64,000 nt of DNA from Coriobacteriia bacterium (GTDB lineage Bacteria; Actinomycetota; Coriobacteriia; Coriobacteriales; UBA8131), in assembly GCA_009783245.1 (NCBI GenBank), contig WRHL01000001.1:11878-75877 (forward strand). Direction: 5' to 3'. The position numbers were made by a program, and so were the translations under genes. Positions within the stretch are counted from its first letter, which is position 1. Every line of letters starts with the position of its first letter. A model generated the notes under the pieces. The model saw only the letters and a program-made list of their open reading frames with translations, was not told the origin of the DNA and ran no database searches. Below, piece after piece: positions 61,333 through 64,000 of this stretch.

Positions 61333-61430
61333 CTGTGCCTATCCGGCCATCTGTGCCTATCCGGCCATCTGTGCCTATCCGGCCATCTGTGCCTATTCGG
61401 CCATCTGTGTCTATTCGGCCATCTGTGCCT
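61333..61430. repeat. 18-bp tandem repeat, 5.4 units (CTGTGCCTATCCGGCCAT and variants)
   Basis: Units start at 61333, 61351, 61369, 61387 and 61405, with a partial unit at 61423-61430. The two rightmost units plus the partial unit encode the purE C-terminus ...KAQMAE-stop (stop 61411-61413). The rest fills the purE/ydbS-like spacer. Confidence 0.9.
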
Positions 61431-61866
61431 TGAAGTCCTCTATCTTCTTGCGGAAGCCCTCATCTGCGGCGCCCAGGATCTGTGTTGCGAGAATGGCCGC
61501 GTTTGCTGCGCCGTTGATGGCCACCGTGGCCACAGGCACGCCTGTGGGCATCTGCACCATGGAAAGCAGCGAGTCCAGGCCGCCAAGGTCGCTTGTCTTC
61601 ATGGGAACCGCGATGACCGGCAGAGGCGTGAACGCAGCGACAACACCGGCAAGATGGGCCGCCTTGCCAGCGGCAGCGATGATAACCTTCATGCCCTGAC
61701 CAGCGGCGCCGGCCGCCCAGGCATGTACTTTGTCAGGATTGCGGTGTGCGCTGGCGATAAGCAGCTCGTGGGGGACATCAAAGGCCTCCAGCTGTTTGAC
61801 AGCTCCCTGCATGACCTCGAGGTCTGACTTCGAACCCAAGATGATACCGACAAGTGGCTGTGACAT
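61411..61866 (-). CDS. purE: N5-carboxyaminoimidazole ribonucleotide mutase
   Basis: 151 aa from ATG 61866 (GGGAGGGTG upstream): [19 protein letters not shown]...[14 protein letters not shown].... The listed start at 62100 reads through a repeat half-site and the riboswitch region. Confidence 0.9.
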   Translation of the reverse strand: MSQPLVGIILGSKSDLEVMQGAVKQLEAFDVPHELLIASAHRNPDKVHAWAAGAAGQGMKVIIAAAGKAAHLAGVVAAFTPLPVIAVPMKTSDLGGLDSLLSMVQMPTGVPVATVAINGAANAAILATQILGAADEGFRKKIEDFKAQMAE

Positions 61867-61960
61867 AACACCCTCCCGTATCGCCTGCTCTACCAACAAA
61901 GAATTATAGACCGGTTGATAATGGCAACAGAGTGTTTTCGCATATTTTCTACAGAAAACT

Positions 61961-61987
61961 TGACAAAACGCCCCGTCCCCTTTGTCA
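61961..61987. repeat. GACAAAGGGGACGG-family half element (locus R8)
   Basis: tgacaaaacgccccgtcccctttgtca in the divergent purE/ribU spacer. Confidence 0.7.
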
Positions 61988-62020
61988 GCTTTGTCTGCTT
62001 TGCTATACTTCCCCTTGTAA

Positions 62021-62221
62021 CTGTTCAGGGCGAGGTGGAATTCCTCACCGGCGGTAAAGGGTAGCGGCGGCCATCCCAAAAAAGCCTCTGCAAGCCACAA
62101 GTCCGCGAGCTTCCAAAATGGAAGCTGATCTGGTCAGATTCCAGAACCGACGGTATAGTCCGGATGAAAGAGCAGTGCCACTGGTTGGCCCTTCTCGCCC
62201 ACAGCCCCTGTGGGTTTTTTT
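62021..62221 (+). promoter_or_regulatory. FMN riboswitch (RFN element) with intrinsic terminator
   Basis: AGGGCGAGGTGGAATTCCTCACCGGCGGTAAA...AGTCCGCGAGC...GATCTGGTCAGATTCCAGAACCGACGGTATAGTCCGGATGAAAGAG matches the RFN consensus blocks. P1 is ctgttc (62021-62026) / gagcag (62170-62175). Terminator cccacag-ccc-ctgtggg plus T7 at 62198-62221. Confidence 0.9.
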
Positions 62222-62243
62222 GTGGAAAGATTTAGGAGGAAAG

Positions 62244-62831
62244 ATGGAAAACGACAAGAGCGCAGGAAAAAGCGCTGGGCCGCAGAGCGCGGGCAGGCAG
62301 ACCCGCTGGAGCGCCCGTCAACTGGCGATCATGGCTATCTTCATCGCATTGGGAGCGCTGTTCGGCTTCATACCCATCCCCATTTTCCCCCCAGCTGCTA
62401 GCTTTGGCATCACGTATGACCCCGCAAATGTGCCAGCTATGCTGGGCGGTTTTGCCTACGGCGCTGGCGCTGGAAGCATCATCGGCATCCTCAGCGCGGT
62501 GGTTCACGGCCTGTTGGTAGGCGACATTGTGGGAACCTGCATGAACATAGTCGCGGTAGTGGGCTTTGTAGTCCCAGCTGCCCTCATCTGCCGCAAAAGC
62601 AGATCCAACGTGCGGCTCATTGTGGCGCTCGTTGTGGGCAGCCTCGTCAGCGTGGCCCTCATCATCCCGGCGAACCTCATTGTCTGGCCCAACTTCTACG
62701 GCATCCCCTTTGACGTGACACTCACCTTTGTGGTGCCGCTGATGCTGCCGTTCAACCTGCTCAAAGTACTGCTCAACAGCATACTCAGTTTCATCCTGTA
62801 CAAGAGCCTCCACAAACTCCTGGAACGATAA
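62244..62831 (+). CDS. ribU: ECF-transporter S component, riboflavin-type (RibU-like)
   Basis: 195 aa from ATG 62244 (TAGGAGGAAAG upstream). Small polytopic protein directly behind an FMN riboswitch. The listed start at 62118 lies inside the aptamer. Confidence 0.75.
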   Translation: MENDKSAGKSAGPQSAGRQTRWSARQLAIMAIFIALGALFGFIPIPIFPPAASFGITYDPANVPAMLGGFAYGAGAGSIIGILSAVVHGLLVGDIVGTCMNIVAVVGFVVPAALICRKSRSNVRLIVALVVGSLVSVALIIPANLIVWPNFYGIPFDVTLTFVVPLMLPFNLLKVLLNSILSFILYKSLHKLLER

Positions 62832-62841
62832 GGACGCAGTC

Positions 62842-63258
62842 ATGCAGGAAGATCTACAACGTATAGTCAGCTACCTCACTGCGGTCCCAGCCTGGTATCT
62901 GGCAACCAGCGTGGACAACCGTGCGCACGTGCGCCCCTTCAGCTTTGCCGCCGTTGAGGACAACCATATCTGGTTCTGTACGGCAAAGGGCAAGGACGTC
63001 TATGATGAGCTGCTGCTGAACCCCCACTTCGAGCTCTGTGCCTGGCACCCGGGAGCCCCCTGGGTCATCGTCAGCGGCAAAGCCGTGTTCGCTGAACCGT
63101 CAGCGCAAATGCGCGAAGACGGCTTCAGGCACATGGTGGGGCTGGGAGAAGCGCACACCTCAGCAGACGACGGGCTTCTCGTCTTCTTCTACCTGGAAGA
63201 GGGCAAGGCCAGGATCTGCGACATCACCGGCCAGGAGGAGAGCCTGAACCTGCAATAG
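62842..63258 (+). CDS. Pyridoxamine-5'-phosphate-oxidase-like FMN-binding split-barrel protein
   Basis: 138 aa: WYLATSVDNRAHVRPFSFAAVEDNHIWFCTAKGKDVYDEL.... Confidence 0.55.
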   Translation: MQEDLQRIVSYLTAVPAWYLATSVDNRAHVRPFSFAAVEDNHIWFCTAKGKDVYDELLLNPHFELCAWHPGAPWVIVSGKAVFAEPSAQMREDGFRHMVGLGEAHTSADDGLLVFFYLEEGKARICDITGQEESLNLQ

Positions 63259-63265
63259 TCGCACT

Positions 63266-63288
63266 GACTAATCAATATTTGATTAGTC
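63266..63288. promoter_or_regulatory. Perfect 23-bp AT-rich palindrome (candidate operator)
   Basis: gactaatcaa-tat-ttgattagtc, 8 nt after the upstream stop and about 60 nt upstream of a candidate promoter. Confidence 0.4.
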
Positions 63289-63346
63289 TCTGTGAGCAAA
63301 GTGAGCACTTTAATAAAAAGCATATGATTTCATTCTTTTTCTCTGT

Positions 63347-63355
63347 TGCTATAAT
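63347..63355 (+). promoter_or_regulatory. Candidate extended -10 promoter (TGCTATAAT) for the second reductase gene
   Basis: tgctataat at 63347-63355 in an AT-rich spacer, about 80 nt before ATG 63435. Confidence 0.45.
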
Positions 63356-63434
63356 CCAGGATGGGTAATGGGATGAAGCGATCAGGGCTCGCCTGGTCGC
63401 GCATTCTCGCACGCAAGGAAAAGGAGGAAGGATC

Positions 63435-64000
63435 ATGCAAGAAGAAAAAGACACCCGGATCTCAAGACGAAGCTTTCTCACCGGCGCGGCGGCAACAGGC
63501 GCAATCGCTGCGGCGAGCGCTGTTGGGTTAGCAGGATGTACCACGGGTGGAGGTGGGGGCGGCAATGAGCAGAAGCCGGCAGAAACCACCCCTGCTGAGA
63601 CCACACCGACAACCCCCAGCGGGCCAACGGCACAGAAGGCAGTGTGGAGCTGGGAGATCCCAGAGGACACCATCACGGACTTTGTCGAGGAGAAGCCCTA
63701 TGACGTCATCGTCGTGGGTTGTGGGCTCGCCGGCATGTCAGCCGCGGTTGCGGCCGCCCAGCAGGGTGCAAAGGTCGCAGTCCTTGAGAAAACCGATCAA
63801 CCGAATGTCCGTGGTTTGCACGTCGCGGCTGTAGACACGTCAGCCCAGCGTGCAGCTGGTATCACCATCAACAAGTACCAGAGCGCACGCGACCTCATCA
63901 GATGGTCCGGTAAACGCGTGAAAGAGGAGCTGCATTGGCTGTTCATCAACAATAGCGGACGGGCCATCGACTGGTGCTTCGACATCTGCAAGGAGAAGAA
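63435..64000 (+). CDS. Second Tat-exported, lipobox-bearing FAD-dependent reductase, 3'-partial (runs off the window; not in the ORF track)
   Basis: ATG 63435 follows AAGGAGGAAGG. MQEEKDTRISRRSFLTGAAATGAIAAASAVGLAGC, a Gly/Thr/Pro linker, then YDVIVVGCGLAGMSAAVAAAQQGAKVAVLEK. The frame stays open to nt 64000. Confidence 0.8.
   Translation, partial: MQEEKDTRISRRSFLTGAAATGAIAAASAVGLAGCTTGGGGGGNEQKPAETTPAETTPTTPSGPTAQKAVWSWEIPEDTITDFVEEKPYDVIVVGCGLAGMSAAVAAAQQGAKVAVLEKTDQPNVRGLHVAAVDTSAQRAAGITINKYQSARDLIRWSGKRVKEELHWLFINNSGRAIDWCFDICKEK

Noticed and set aside
61333-61430. Regularly spaced 18-bp repeats that could be taken for a small CRISPR array
   Set aside because: The units are contiguous with no spacers, are derived from the purE coding end, and no cas genes or leader are present. 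This is a tandem repeat, not CRISPR.
61867-62100. N-terminal 78 residues of listed ORF 61411-62100 (purE)
   Set aside because: They cover a repeat half-site and the opposite strand of the FMN riboswitch. PurE homology and a good RBS begin at ATG 61866.
63272-63676. 134-aa minus-strand ORF and the 63547-63834 plus-strand ORF
   Set aside because: Both overlap the open-ended reductase frame starting at 63435, which has an RBS, a Tat signal, a lipobox and an FAD fold.

Overview
Gene-dense, high-GC chromosomal segment from a Gram-positive actinobacterium. An FhaA-FhaB-PP2C-SEDS/PBP-PknB cluster alongside Tat-exported, lipoprotein-type flavoprotein reductases paired with small multihaem cytochromes c fits a Coriobacteriia/Eggerthellaceae-like organism best (inference only). 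I can support about 58 protein genes, 1 frameshifted toxin pseudogene, 2 tRNAs and 1 FMN riboswitch. Housekeeping genes: gatCAB, infA-rpmJ-rpsM-rpsK-rpsD-rpoA-rplQ, pgi, rpmB, nagB, nifS-nifU-rrf2, ilvBN and purE. Accessory or less ordinary content: two giant sortase-type surface proteins; a flavoprotein reductase / cytochrome c / acidic-protein operon facing a second paralogous cytochrome c; an FMN-binding protein plus ApbE flavin transferase; larBC without larA or larE; an FMN riboswitch-ribU-PNPOx-like-second reductase block; a decayed HigB/HigA-like toxin-antitoxin pair in an AT-rich islet with an orphan prepilin peptidase; a GntR-ABC operon; an in-frame SEDS-class B PBP fusion; and a YdbS/YdbT-like pair. 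The non-coding layer is the most distinctive part. It contains a family of intergenic palindromic repeats built on GACAAAGGGGACGG (8 loci), a second nested about 70-bp palindrome (2 copies) and a perfect 35-bp-stem hairpin. A 36-bp palindromic operator plus -35 box is shared by two promoters 28 kb apart. Three short tandem repeats start inside the last codons of minus-strand genes. A tRNA 5'-half look-alike sits in the leader of tRNA-Phe. No transposase, integrase, CRISPR array or rRNA was seen. All family calls come from motif recognition in the supplied translations and my own reading of the DNA. No database search, folding or alignment program was run, and several start codons were re-picked by eye using RBS and overlap logic.
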